A stretch of DNA of 28,074 nt from an uncultured cyanobacterium (lineage in GTDB: Bacteria; Cyanobacteriota; Cyanobacteriia; Cyanobacteriales; Cyanobacteriaceae), in the NCBI GenBank assembly GCA_963749915.1, contig CAVVOP010000003.1:1-28074 (forward strand). Direction: 5' to 3'. The notes below the pieces were generated by a model. It was given only the letters and a program-made list of their open reading frames with translations. It was not told the DNA's origin and ran no database searches. Of this stretch, positions 17,628 to 27,368 are shown piece after piece. Each line of letters opens with the position of its first letter. Position 1 is the stretch's first letter. The position numbers and the translations under genes are program-made.

Positions 17628-20003
17628 GTGATTATTTATGTTAATGCTAGAGCAAGAGGCTCAAACGATGGAAGCTCTTGGAGAAATGCTTACTCCGATT
17701 TACAAGATGCTCTAAGAATTGCTAACCCCGGTACGGTAATTAGGATAGCAGGAAACGCGACTTATAAGCCTACCAGAGGAACTAATCGTTCTGAAAGTTT
17801 TGTGATTCCCGATGGGGTTAGGGTTTTTGGTGGTTTTAGTGGGAACGAAAATCAACCAAATCAAAGAAATATTGCTCAATATCCCACTATTCTGGATGGC
17901 AATATTGGTAGCTATCGGAATCAAGACAATAGTTACACTGTGGTTACAGTAGAGAATGTATCCAATGTAACTCTTGATGGTCTTGTTATAACTTCAGGTA
18001 ACGCTAATCTGAGAAGCTTGAAACCCTACAGTATGACAAAAGAAACTGATGGAGGTGGGGTATTTATTAAAGAGTCTCAAAATATTACATTGAGGAACTT
18101 GGAAATAAAAAATAATTTTGCCAATAATGGAGGGGGGTTAGTCAATGTACAAAGTGAAAACATACAGATCAGTAATTCAAAATTTACTAATAATAATGCG
18201 ATAAGATTGACTGGTGGCGCGATAACGAACCAATCGAGCAATATGGTAATCAATTCAAGTCTGTTCAATAATAACCAAGCTTTTGTAAAGGGCGGGGCAA
18301 TTAATAGTTTCAACAGTCAAATAATTATTACACGAAGTTCCTTTGAGCAAAACAAAACTATACTAGGCGACGGAGGTGCTATAGAAATAGAAGGAGTCTA
18401 TCGAAAGAATCCTAGCCTTCAGTCATTATTAAATAAGGTAAAATTTCTTGAAAATAGATCTGGAGATGACGGCGGAGCAATAGAAATTAGTGCTGGTGCT
18501 AAAGTATTTGGTAATCGGCTTTACTTTAAAGATAATGAAAGTGGATCATTAATAGGTTCAGCTATATTAGTAGAACAAGCATCATCAACTATTGTTAATA
18601 GTTATTTCAATACCGATGACACCTCCCCACAATATTTTGTTACTCATGGTTCTAGTTCACCATCGAGATACGTAAATTCTCTAGTAAATTCAACAGTTCT
18701 AAGTAGTAGCCCAGGAGCAAGTAAGGCTATTATTAATGTAGACGTGAGAGGAGGCACTGTCAGATTACACAATAACATTATTTGGAATGAAAATCCTGGA
18801 AATGGTTATTTGGGGATTAAAGTGAATGGTAGTTATGACCCTAGAAAAATTATAGTAAGTCGTAATATTGTTAATGGTGGTTTTCCTGGGGGAAATTGGA
18901 GTCTTGACCCTAATTTGAATTCTAACAATTTTACTCTTAAAGCTAACTCTCCTGCGATCAATCAGGGTAATAATCGAGTCTATTTGAATACGTTTGAACA
19001 GGTTAAAAACTATCCAAGTATATTTAATAAATCACAAGATATTCGCTGGAGACAGAGAATAGTTGGGAATGCTATCGACCTAGGTGCTAGTGAAAGTAGC
19101 CATAACCAACTTCCTGATGGTAGCGGTGGAACAGTTACTCTAGCAGGAGGAGTGACTAATGCTTTATTAGTCTCACTGCCTCTAATTGATGATGATGCCG
19201 ATTCAGAGATTATCAACTATCAGTTAATTGACGGTGATGGCTTTGATTTAGATCCAGACAATAACAGCGTTGTTGCCACTATTTTTGATGGTATAAACGG
19301 CACAGAAAATAACGATAAGATCTCTGGCACTAATGAAGAGGATACTATTAACGGTCTTGGTGGTAACGATACACTTATTGGTCGCTCTGGAGATGATCGC
19401 CTAATTGGTGATGCTGGTAATGATTTACTTAAGGGCAACAGAGGCGACGATTTTCTGGATGGCGGCAATGATAACGATACTTTGATTGGTGGTGCGGGTA
19501 ACGACTCTCTTTACGGTGGCACTGAAGATTATCTCAACGGTGGCAACGGTGATGATTTACTTGTTGGATATACTGGTGATGACATCCTTATCGGTGGTAT
19601 GGGGGATGACACCATAAAAGCAGGTCTTGATAATGACTCCCTCTACGGAGGTGCTGGTAACGATTACCTCGTCGGTGGTATTGGTGTTGGTAACAATGGG
19701 AAAGATCGTCTCACTGGCGGTGCTGGAAACGATACCCTCATCGGTGGTGGTTCTCGTGACAAATTCGTATTTGCCAGCGGGTTTGGCACCGATATTATCA
19801 CAGACTTTGGCACCGGTAATGACAAGATTGATTTAACCGCCTTTAGTCTGGGAACTGGAGGTTTCAATACTTTAGACATAGATACTACTACTATGGTTGG
19901 TAGCAGTATTATCACTTCTACTACTACTCCAGGCTTTGGTCAGATTACCCTTAATGGATTCACAGGATTAGATGCGGGTGACTTCATCTTTGTATATGTA
20001 TAA
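17628..20003 (+). CDS. Secreted calcium-binding protein: right-handed beta-helix/Pmp-like repeats plus C-terminal RTX repeats
   Basis: N-terminus IIYVN...GSSWRNAYSDLQDAL, repeated F..N...GGAI motifs, SPAINQG..IDLGASE, many GG.GND.L.G nonamers, and the tail GFGTDIITDF..DKIDL..DFIF. GTG 17628 with upstream AGAGG is preferred because the ORF-track start at 17565 lies inside the IS1634 end. Confidence 0.85.
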   Translation: MIIYVNARARGSNDGSSWRNAYSDLQDALRIANPGTVIRIAGNATYKPTRGTNRSESFVIPDGVRVFGGFSGNENQPNQRNIAQYPTILDGNIGSYRNQDNSYTVVTVENVSNVTLDGLVITSGNANLRSLKPYSMTKETDGGGVFIKESQNITLRNLEIKNNFANNGGGLVNVQSENIQISNSKFTNNNAIRLTGGAITNQSSNMVINSSLFNNNQAFVKGGAINSFNSQIIITRSSFEQNKTILGDGGAIEIEGVYRKNPSLQSLLNKVKFLENRSGDDGGAIEISAGAKVFGNRLYFKDNESGSLIGSAILVEQASSTIVNSYFNTDDTSPQYFVTHGSSSPSRYVNSLVNSTVLSSSPGASKAIINVDVRGGTVRLHNNIIWNENPGNGYLGIKVNGSYDPRKIIVSRNIVNGGFPGGNWSLDPNLNSNNFTLKANSPAINQGNNRVYLNTFEQVKNYPSIFNKSQDIRWRQRIVGNAIDLGASESSHNQLPDGSGGTVTLAGGVTNALLVSLPLIDDDADSEIINYQLIDGDGFDLDPDNNSVVATIFDGINGTENNDKISGTNEEDTINGLGGNDTLIGRSGDDRLIGDAGNDLLKGNRGDDFLDGGNDNDTLIGGAGNDSLYGGTEDYLNGGNGDDLLVGYTGDDILIGGMGDDTIKAGLDNDSLYGGAGNDYLVGGIGVGNNGKDRLTGGAGNDTLIGGGSRDKFVFASGFGTDIITDFGTGNDKIDLTAFSLGTGGFNTLDIDTTTMVGSSIITSTTTPGFGQITLNGFTGLDAGDFIFVYV

Positions 20004-20004
20004 T

Positions 20005-20362
20005 CACCCTTTTCCTCTTTGATTAGGAATTGTTTCTTCCGCCTTGGCTAAAGCTTGGCGAAGTTGTCCCTGTCCTTACTGTAGACCAGCAAACATAGCC
20101 CCATAATCATTGCCAAGGCAGCCACTCGTTGAGGTAACTTGACAAAGACCCGAGAGGCAAAAAATAGGGGGTCTTTAAGAAATCGGAAGCCTCGCTCACA
20201 GGACTGCTGGTTCTTATACTCTTGCAGAACCGTATCATTTGGCCACGACTCATCATCGAGTAAGTTTGTCGCTAACACGAATCGTCCTGCTTGGTTTCGC
20301 TGTGCTTCAACTGCTGGCTCATTGAGGATTAAAGTCGCATTGATATGATAAGTGTAGCGTTT
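20005..20362 (-). pseudogene. Internal fragment of an IS1634-family (type B-like) transposase
   Basis: Translates YTYHINATL...QAGRFVLATNLLDD...ERGFRFLKDPLFF. Similar but not identical to 23440-23785. Frameshifted near 20075; both ends are missing. Confidence 0.88.
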
Positions 20363-20494
20363 GGCGTTGCATCATTGCGGGATGATATGCAATTATTTAG
20401 TATTAAGAAAAAATATTTATTAAAGGCGATCACATGTGGCGCACTGCGTGCGATCGCTAGTAATCTAAAAAAAGTAAAAATAGTTTTTTAAAAT

Positions 20495-20846
20495 TTAGAT
20501 TATTAGCGAAATATCATTATTATTTAAGTAATAAATAAGAAGTTTTATTGACAATAAGAGCATTTCTTGACACTTAGAATAGCAAAATGTTTTTCTATGT
20601 AGTCTTGCCAAATAATGTCTTAGCCTACTATTTTCTCCTTCAACTCTTGTCATGTATGTTTTACTAATAATTTGATCTCCATCGGGAATAAATGACGGAT
20701 AAACTTTGTACCCATCTGTTATCCAAAAAAAGCATTTCCAATCTTTTACTTTTTCCCATAATTTTTCAAATGTATTAGAACTTCTATCTCCTATTTGCCA
20801 TTCTAAAATTCCTTTTTTAGCTTTATTTACAGCAGTCCATATCCAG
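20495..20846 (-). pseudogene. IS1-family transposase (InsB-like), C-terminal remnant
   Basis: Motifs WIWTAV, IGDRS, ITDGYKVY and MTRVEGENSRLRHYLARLHRKTFCYSK. The 5' part is replaced by IS1634. Confidence 0.9.
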
Positions 20847-21854
20847 CCGACATTCAGCAGGTTAATGTGGAAAAAAAATAATTTTATAGCACTACGCATT
20901 CAGGGAACGGACATATAATTAGAATCAAGAGGGCGAGCTGCTTGCAGCAGCGCTTCGCTCCCGCTAAATGGAAAGGGAGATCGTTAAAGTTTCGACGATT
21001 TAGTCTAGCTCCCTAGGTAGGCTAAGTGATAAAGTATTCTGAGATTTTAGCAAGTTTTTCTCTCAAGACAATGAAACAACCTCTGGACATTGATGTACAG
21101 GACATTGATCATCTCGGGATAATCGCAGGCATCATCGATGAAATCGGGATAGTGGAAATCATTAATCGTCTTTTGGGAACACATCCCTTGGAAGAAGTCA
21201 GTGCTGGTAATGTGGTCAAAGCCTTAATTCTCAATTGCTTAGGCTTTCTCACCGCACCCCTATATCTGTTTAGCCAGTTTTTCGAGGGCAAAGCCACGGA
21301 ACACTTGATTGGACCAGGCGTGAAACCAGAACAACTCAACGATAGTCGCATTGGTCGAGTACTTGACCAGCTGTTTAAAGCAGGACTGACCCCTGTGTTT
21401 ATAGAGATTGCCTTGGCTGTAGTGAAACGGTTTGGGGTGAGTACTAAACGAGCTCATCTCGATAGCAGCAGCTTCTGTGTACAGGGGGAATATCTCAATT
21501 CTCAGCCAGAGACTAACTTAGGTGAGAGCAGACCTCTAGAGCAATCCAGTGAGCAGAAGGCACAAGCAGAGGATTCAGCAGAGCCCGTACCGATTGAGAT
21601 TACCCACGGCTATTCGAGGGACTATCGCCCTGACCTGAAGCAGTTTACCCTGGCGCTAATCACTAGTGGAGATGGGGATGTCCCGTTGTACTTACGAGTG
21701 GGCAATGGCAACGATGCTGACCAAGCCGTTTTTACTGAAGTAATTGGGGAATTTCAGCAGCAGTGGAAAGCCGCACAGCCTGAAGTCTATGTGGCTGATG
21801 CAGCCCTCTACAGTGAAGAGAACATTGAAGTGTTAGGAGAGACCCCTTGGATTA

Positions 21855-23039
21855 AGCTAAGACGCATTTAACTTACATTTATTAATTCACCCTTATTCTT
21901 GATTTTTTTGCTCCAATTAATCACTAAACCTCCTTCATTTAATAATTGATTCACTGTTTTTGCTAATTGTTCTTTATTTTCAAAATCTCGATGAGCTATA
22001 AATTCTTTAGCCGAATGCCATACTAATTCTATTAAGTTATAATCTGGACTATATACTGGTAAATACTCTAATCTTATATTTGATAAATTTGTTTCTATTC
22101 TTTCTATTATTTCTTTCTTTTTATGGAAACTCGCATTATCTAAAATTATTATTATTTTTGGTCCTTTTTTTTCAAAATCTTTTTCATTATTTCCCTTACT
22201 TATCCATTCTTTTTTTACTTCTTCTTTTAACTTTTCTATTTTCTCATAAAATGTTTCTGAGTTCCCTTTCTCTATCATAAAGCACAGTCTTTTTTTATCT
22301 GAATATCTTAAGCCTCCCATGATATTTACTCTTCCTCTTCTTCTTTGTCCCTTGATTTTTTTTCTCTTTCCTTTTTTTGTCCATGTTTTTCTTCTTATTA
22401 CCCTTAAACTAAAACCACACTCATCCCAAAACCATATCTGGAGTAATTCCTGATTTTCTTTACTTATTTTTATATAATCTTCTAATTTTTCTTTAAATGC
22501 CTTTCTTTCTTCTTTATTTTGCTTATCTTCCAAACTATATTTTCCCCAAATATAACTATACTTTTTTCTTTTTAATATTCTCGCTATCTGTGATTTACTT
22601 AATTTAATTCCTGTTTCTTTTTCGAGATGTTCTGACAATCTTTTCCCTGTCCATCGCCCAAATTCATATCCTAAATCTTCGGGGGTCGTGTCCACCACTT
22701 CTAACAATATTTCGATATATTTATCCGTTGCTTTTATCTGATTTCCTTTTCTTCTTTTATCTTGTAATGAATCTACATTATTAGGATTACCATGCACTGC
22801 CCAATACGCTACTGTTTTTGTGGAACAACCTAAAAAATCTGCTATTTGTTGATAATTTTTGCCATCATTTTCTAATAAAAATATCAAAATCCTTTGCCTA
22901 ACTTCTGATCTATTTTCCGTTTTTAAGGAATTTTGGAGATATTTTTTTTCTTCATCCGACAAAAAGTTTTTAATAGGCATGGATTTTCATCTTAATATTT
23001 TCTGACTTAAATTATATCCTAGATTGATGCGTCTTAGCT
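21855..23039 (-). mobile_element. IS630-family element, copy 1 (complete)
   Basis: 13-bp inverted repeats AGCTAAGACGCAT. TA duplication at 21853-21854 and 23040-23041. Confidence 0.95.
21868..22980 (-). CDS. IS630-family transposase (370 aa)
   Basis: N-terminal HTH, GRWT..RLSEHL, and DDE motifs WDECGF, ILDNASFH and YSPDYNLIELVW. Confidence 0.95.
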   Translation of the reverse strand: MPIKNFLSDEEKKYLQNSLKTENRSEVRQRILIFLLENDGKNYQQIADFLGCSTKTVAYWAVHGNPNNVDSLQDKRRKGNQIKATDKYIEILLEVVDTTPEDLGYEFGRWTGKRLSEHLEKETGIKLSKSQIARILKRKKYSYIWGKYSLEDKQNKEERKAFKEKLEDYIKISKENQELLQIWFWDECGFSLRVIRRKTWTKKGKRKKIKGQRRRGRVNIMGGLRYSDKKRLCFMIEKGNSETFYEKIEKLKEEVKKEWISKGNNEKDFEKKGPKIIIILDNASFHKKKEIIERIETNLSNIRLEYLPVYSPDYNLIELVWHSAKEFIAHRDFENKEQLAKTVNQLLNEGGLVINWSKKIKNKGELINVS

Positions 23040-24096
23040 TAGCCGCGTCCCTGCCACCATCGCCGAGGCGCAACAGTTAATGCAGACTATCCCCCAGGAG
23101 ATGTTCACTGTCAGTTCCTCGAACAACAACTACTTGATAGCTGAAGTATGCAGCACCTACGCCGGAGTGCGCCAGCGCTGGCTAGTAGTCCACAGCGAAT
23201 CCCGTAAACAAGCTGACCTCAAGCAATTAGACAAACGAATTGCTCAAGCCAAAACGAAGAAAATCAAAGCTCTGAAAGAACTAGGCAATCATCCCTTCGC
23301 TTGTGAAGCTGATGCAGTAGATGCCGCCAAAGCTTTTGAGAAAAAGCTCAAGTATCATCGTCTGACTGATATTGAAGTTCTCCAGAAGCCCTACTATGAC
23401 AAGCCCGGTCGTCCCCGAAAAGGAGATGTGCCTAAAGGCTACACCTATCATATAAGCGCGACTTTAGCTCTCCATGAGCCAGCAGTTAAAGCACAGCGCA
23501 ACCAAGCCGGACGATTCGTATTAGCGACCAACTTACTCGATGATCAGCAGTGGCCAAAGGAGACGATTCTGCAAGAGTATAAGAACCAGCAGTCCTGTGA
23601 GCGAGGTTTTCGCTTCCTCAAAGACCCCCTCTTTTTTGCTTCTCGGGTCTTTGTCAAGTTACCGCAACGAGTGGCTGCCTTGGCCATGATTATGGGGCTA
23701 TGTTTGCTGGTCTACAGCATCGGACAGCGACAACTGCGCTCCTCTTTGGCGATCGCCTCAGAAACGATTCCTAATCAAAAGGGTAAGCAGACAGAGCGAC
23801 CAACGCTGCGGTGGGTAATGCAATGTTTTCAGTCTGTGCATTTGATTTGGCTGGAGGACCGAAAGTGGGGAATCAAGTTGAATGATTTACAAATGCACAT
23901 TTTGCGCTTCCTCGGTTCGGCCTGTCAAAAATATTATTTTCTTTGTTGAGAAACCTGCTGAATGTCGGTTATAAATCATCCCGCAATGATGCAACGCCGA
24001 AAAAATAGTACTTTCAGGGCACCTACAAGATTTTTTTTAATACATTATACTTCAAAGCTTATTGAGAATGTAGATATACCAATATGCTTTCTGTAA

Positions 24097-24131
24097 TCAA
24101 AAAAAAGTGCACCGGTGGCTCACTTTTTTGA
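24097..24131. terminator. A/T-flanked hairpin upstream of the IS4 transposase
   Basis: TCAAAAAAAAGTG-CACCGGTGGCT-CACTTTTTTGA. Confidence 0.45.
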
Positions 24132-24184
24132 AAAAATCGATATTTGTGGTTAGAGAAAATAGCGATTATCAATGATGTTATTAA

Positions 24185-25341
24185 ATGAATTTGTCACCCC
24201 TAAAGCACAAATATCTAACTCCTACTCAATTTCAAACTTTATCTATTCTAGTAGGATTGTTAAATCAATATAGACAAGTAAAAATAGAGAAATTAGCTGA
24301 ATTTTTTCCCTTACCAATTCTTTTTGAAAGTCGAAGAAAACATATTCAAAGATTCTTAACTTTAATCAGCCTAAGTATTCCCCTTATTTGGTTTCCACTC
24401 ATTCAACTGATTCTTACTCAACAATTTCCCCAAGACTCATCTTTAATTATTGTTCTAGATAGAACACAATGGCAAGACAAAAATATATTTATGATTAGCG
24501 TCCTAATTTGGCATAATCATGCTTTCCCAATTTATTGGAATATTTTAGAGAAAAAAGGTGCGAGCAATTTAAAAGAACAAAAAGCTTTAATAAAACCGGT
24601 ATTAAAACTATTAAGACAATACCATATTATCCTCATTGGCGACCGAGAATTTCATAGCGTTGAATTAGCTAGTTGGCTAAAAAAAGAGAAAAAAAAAGGA
24701 AAAATAAAATCGATTTTGCCCTCAGACAAAAACAGGGTACTTTTTATCATCGAGGGGGTAAAAAGTATGAAAAACTATCAGATATAGAGATTGAAAGGGG
24801 AGTAAAGCAGATAAAGATGGGGATAAAAGTTACAAAAAAGACTGGTTTTAGCCGACATAATTTAGCAATATATCATCAAAGAAAAAGAAAAAATAAAAGT
24901 AGTGAAGAACCATGGTATATCTTAACATCATTAGAGAATGAAATAGAAGTAATCAAGATTTATGAGCAAAGAATGGGTATTGAAATGATGTTCAAAGATT
25001 ATAAAACAGGAGGTTATAATTTAGAAGGAAGTAAAGCAAATATACAAAGACTAACTAATGTAATTTTATTGATTGCTATGGCCTATACAAAGCAAACATT
25101 GAAGGGAAGAATAATTAAAAATAAAGGACAGCAAAAATATATAGGAAGGCCACAAGAAAAAAGAAGAAAAACAAAAAGAAACAGTGAATTTTGGATTGGT
25201 TTATATGGTGAAAGTTGGGCAAATAAATATGAAAAATATCAAGAGGAAATTAATAAAATAATAAGTTTAAATAGTAACAAGTTAACGTTTTATCACCGAG
25301 GGTTGAAAGCAAAAGATGAAATAATGAAAGTCTATGAATAA
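24185..25341 (+). pseudogene. IS4-family transposase in two frames (-1 shift at an A-run near 24690)
   Basis: Motifs LFESRRKHIQRFL, LDRTQW and IGDREF, then EPWYILTSL and Y.QRMGIEMMFKDYKTGGYNLE. Confidence 0.85.
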
Positions 25342-26164
25342 ACCTAAGGTAATTATTGTAAATATTACGCTAATTAATTTTAGGCAAGTTTTTCGTTGTA
25401 CTGAAAATAAATAAAACTACTGGTACTTGTGCTGATCACGAAAAAATTAAGGGACTAACTATGTTACTTAACACAAATCTCAATATATACAATAAGGCTA
25501 TTCTCAATAAGAACTTGAGATACTATCAATTTATATAGTATGTCAAAAAGCCGAATTAATTACCAAATATAGCTTTTGGGCTGCTCGTCACCCCTTCAGG
25601 TGGAATGGACATCCGGGGAAAGTTTTAGGGGTAAGGGAAGATTGGGCTAATGCCTATCCTAACACCCATATCGCCCTTGTCAAAGCCCTTTTAGAAGCCT
25701 GTCAATATTGTGCTGATCCTAATAATATCGAAGAAATTCGCACTATTTTAGCCGATCGCAAATATTTAAGTACCAACATTGATTACATCCAATTAGGCGA
25801 CCCCAATTCCTACAGTTGTAACTTAGAAAAGTCTGTCGAATATGCCCACCATCGTTTTTATGGAGATGGCATGAATCGCCCAAGTCGTACAGAACATTTA
25901 TGGATGATGACGCAAATGGCACGATGGGGAGATATTCCCTTTCCTCGTAACTGGGTAGAAATTTTAGAAAGAGTATGTCGAGTTGGTGTCTTTAGTACCG
26001 CTTGTCGAGAATTGGGATTAAGCGACTTAAAATATCGCCGAGAAGCCATCAAACTCTTTGATGATCTGCCTTTTAACGATGAAGATCCCATCGCTTACTT
26101 AAATCATCTCGAAATCAAATGTAACGTAACAATGGCGGAAATTCCTCTTAATTCTCGTGCATTA

Positions 26165-27270
26165 AGCTAAGACGCATTTAACTTACATTTATTAATTCAC
26201 CCTTATTCTTGATTTTTTTGCTCCAATTAATCACTAAACCTCCTTCATTTAATAATTGATTCACTGTTTTTGCTAATTGTTCTTTATTTTCAAAATCTCG
26301 ATGAGCTATAAATTCTTTAGCCGAATGCCATACTAATTCTATTAAGTTATAATCTGGACTATATACTGGTAAATACTCTAATCTTATATTTGATAAATTT
26401 GTTTCTATTCTTTCTATTATTTCTTTCTTTTTATGGAAACTCGCATTATCTAAAATTATTATTATTTTTGGTCCTTTTTTTTCAAAATCTTTTTCATTAT
26501 TTCCCTTACTTATCCATTCTTTTTTTACTTCTTCTTTTAACTTTTCTATTTTCTCATAAAATGTTTCTGAGTTCCCTTTCTCTATCATAAAGCACAGTCT
26601 TTTTTTATCTGAATATCTTAAGCCTCCCATGATATTTACTCTTCCTCTTCTTCTTTGTCCCTTGATTTTTTTTCTCTTTCCTTTTTTTGTCCATGTTTTT
26701 CTTCTTATTACCCTTAAACTAAAACCACACTCATCCCAAAACCATATCTGGAGTAATTCCTGATTTTCTTTACTTATTTTTATATAATCTTCTAATTTTT
26801 CTTTAAATGCCTTTCTTTCTTCTTTATTTTGCTTATCTTCCAAACTATATTTTCCCCAAATATAACTATACTTTTTTCTTTTTAATATTCTCGCTATTTG
26901 TGATTTACTTAATTTAATTCCTGTTTCTTTTTCGAGATGTTCTGACAATCTTTTCCCTGTCCATCGCCCAAATTCATATCCTAAATCTTCTCTTGTAATG
27001 AATCTACATTATTAGGATTACCATGCACTGCCCAATACGCTACTGTTTTTGTGGAACAACCTAAAAAATCTGCTATTTGTTGATAATTTTTGCCATCATT
27101 TTCTAATAAAAATATCAAAATCCTTTGCCTAACTTCTGATCTATTTTCCGTTTTTAAGGAATTTTGGAGATATTTTTTTTCTTCATCCGACAAAAAGTTT
27201 TTAATAGGCATGGATTTTCATCTTAATATTTTCTGACTTAAATTATATCCTAGATTGATGCGTCTTAGCT
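26165..27270 (-). mobile_element. IS630-family element, copy 2 (79-bp internal deletion)
   Basis: Same inverted repeats as copy 1. TA duplication at 26163-26164 and 27271-27272. Lacks the bases equivalent to 22681-22759. Confidence 0.95.
26178..27211 (-). pseudogene. IS630-family transposase, frameshifted by the deletion
   Basis: Split into 26981..27211 and 26178..26948, with the junction at 26990/26991. Confidence 0.93.
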
Positions 27271-27368
27271 TAGTAGCGGCTTAATCAAAAATATTTGGGA
27301 ATGTGGGCAGTGCATCGCCCTACATTTAAGATACTATCAATCTGATTTAATTTCGAGAGGCTAACATC

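Larger units (their letters stand above)
21071..23949 (+). pseudogene. IS1634-family transposase split by IS630 (21071-21854 + 23042-23949)
   Basis: Removing IS630 and one TA restores the in-frame sequence ...PW-I-S-R-VP.... Motifs DHLGIIAG, HLDSSSF, GYSRDYRPDLKQ and ERGFRFLKDP. Confidence 0.92.
20847..23968 (+). mobile_element. IS1634-family element type B, interrupted by IS630
   Basis: 17-bp inverted repeats CCGACATTCAGCAGGTT (20847-20863 and 23952-23968). Flanks ATCCAG and TTATAA are not duplicated. Confidence 0.92.
20363..23998 (-). mobile_element. IS1-family element carrying nested IS1634 and IS630
   Basis: Perfect 24-bp inverted repeats GGCGTTGCATCATTGCGGGATGAT (20363-20386 and 23975-23998). 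No target duplication on the flanks. Confidence 0.9.
23999..25599 (+). mobile_element. IS4-family element, left end truncated at the IS1 boundary
   Basis: Encloses an IS4-type transposase. The right end ...GTCACCCCTTCAG at 25599 abuts truncated cmpC. Inverted subterminal motif CTTATTGAGAAT at 24058-24069 and 25500-25511. Confidence 0.75.
25600..27284 (+). pseudogene. cmpC: Bicarbonate/nitrate ABC transporter ATP-binding subunit C, 3' remnant (25600-26164 + 27273-27284)
   Basis: Open frame from 25601: WNGHPGKVLGVREDWA..YPNTHIALVKALLEAC...NRPSRTEHLW..TQMARWGDIPFPRNWVEILERVCRV. The 5' part is absent. IS630 is inserted three codons before the stop (L|VAA*). CmpC is preferred over NrtC from recalled motifs. 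Confidence 0.78.

Noticed and set aside
19300..19760. Periodic repeats resembling a CRISPR or DNA repeat array
   Set aside because: They encode RTX nonapeptides, with no constant repeat and unique spacer structure.
20847..20899. Start of the 134-aa IS1 ORF
   Set aside because: These codons come from the IS1634-B left end read backwards.
21855..27270. Composite transposon of two IS630 copies
   Set aside because: Each copy interrupts a different gene that is restored in frame by removing that copy alone.
27300..27326. Small hairpin AATGTGGGC...GCCCTACATT between cmpC and cmpD
   Set aside because: It is imperfect, single-copy in this window and lacks a U-tract. It may be a REP-like or mRNA-stabilising element but cannot be supported.
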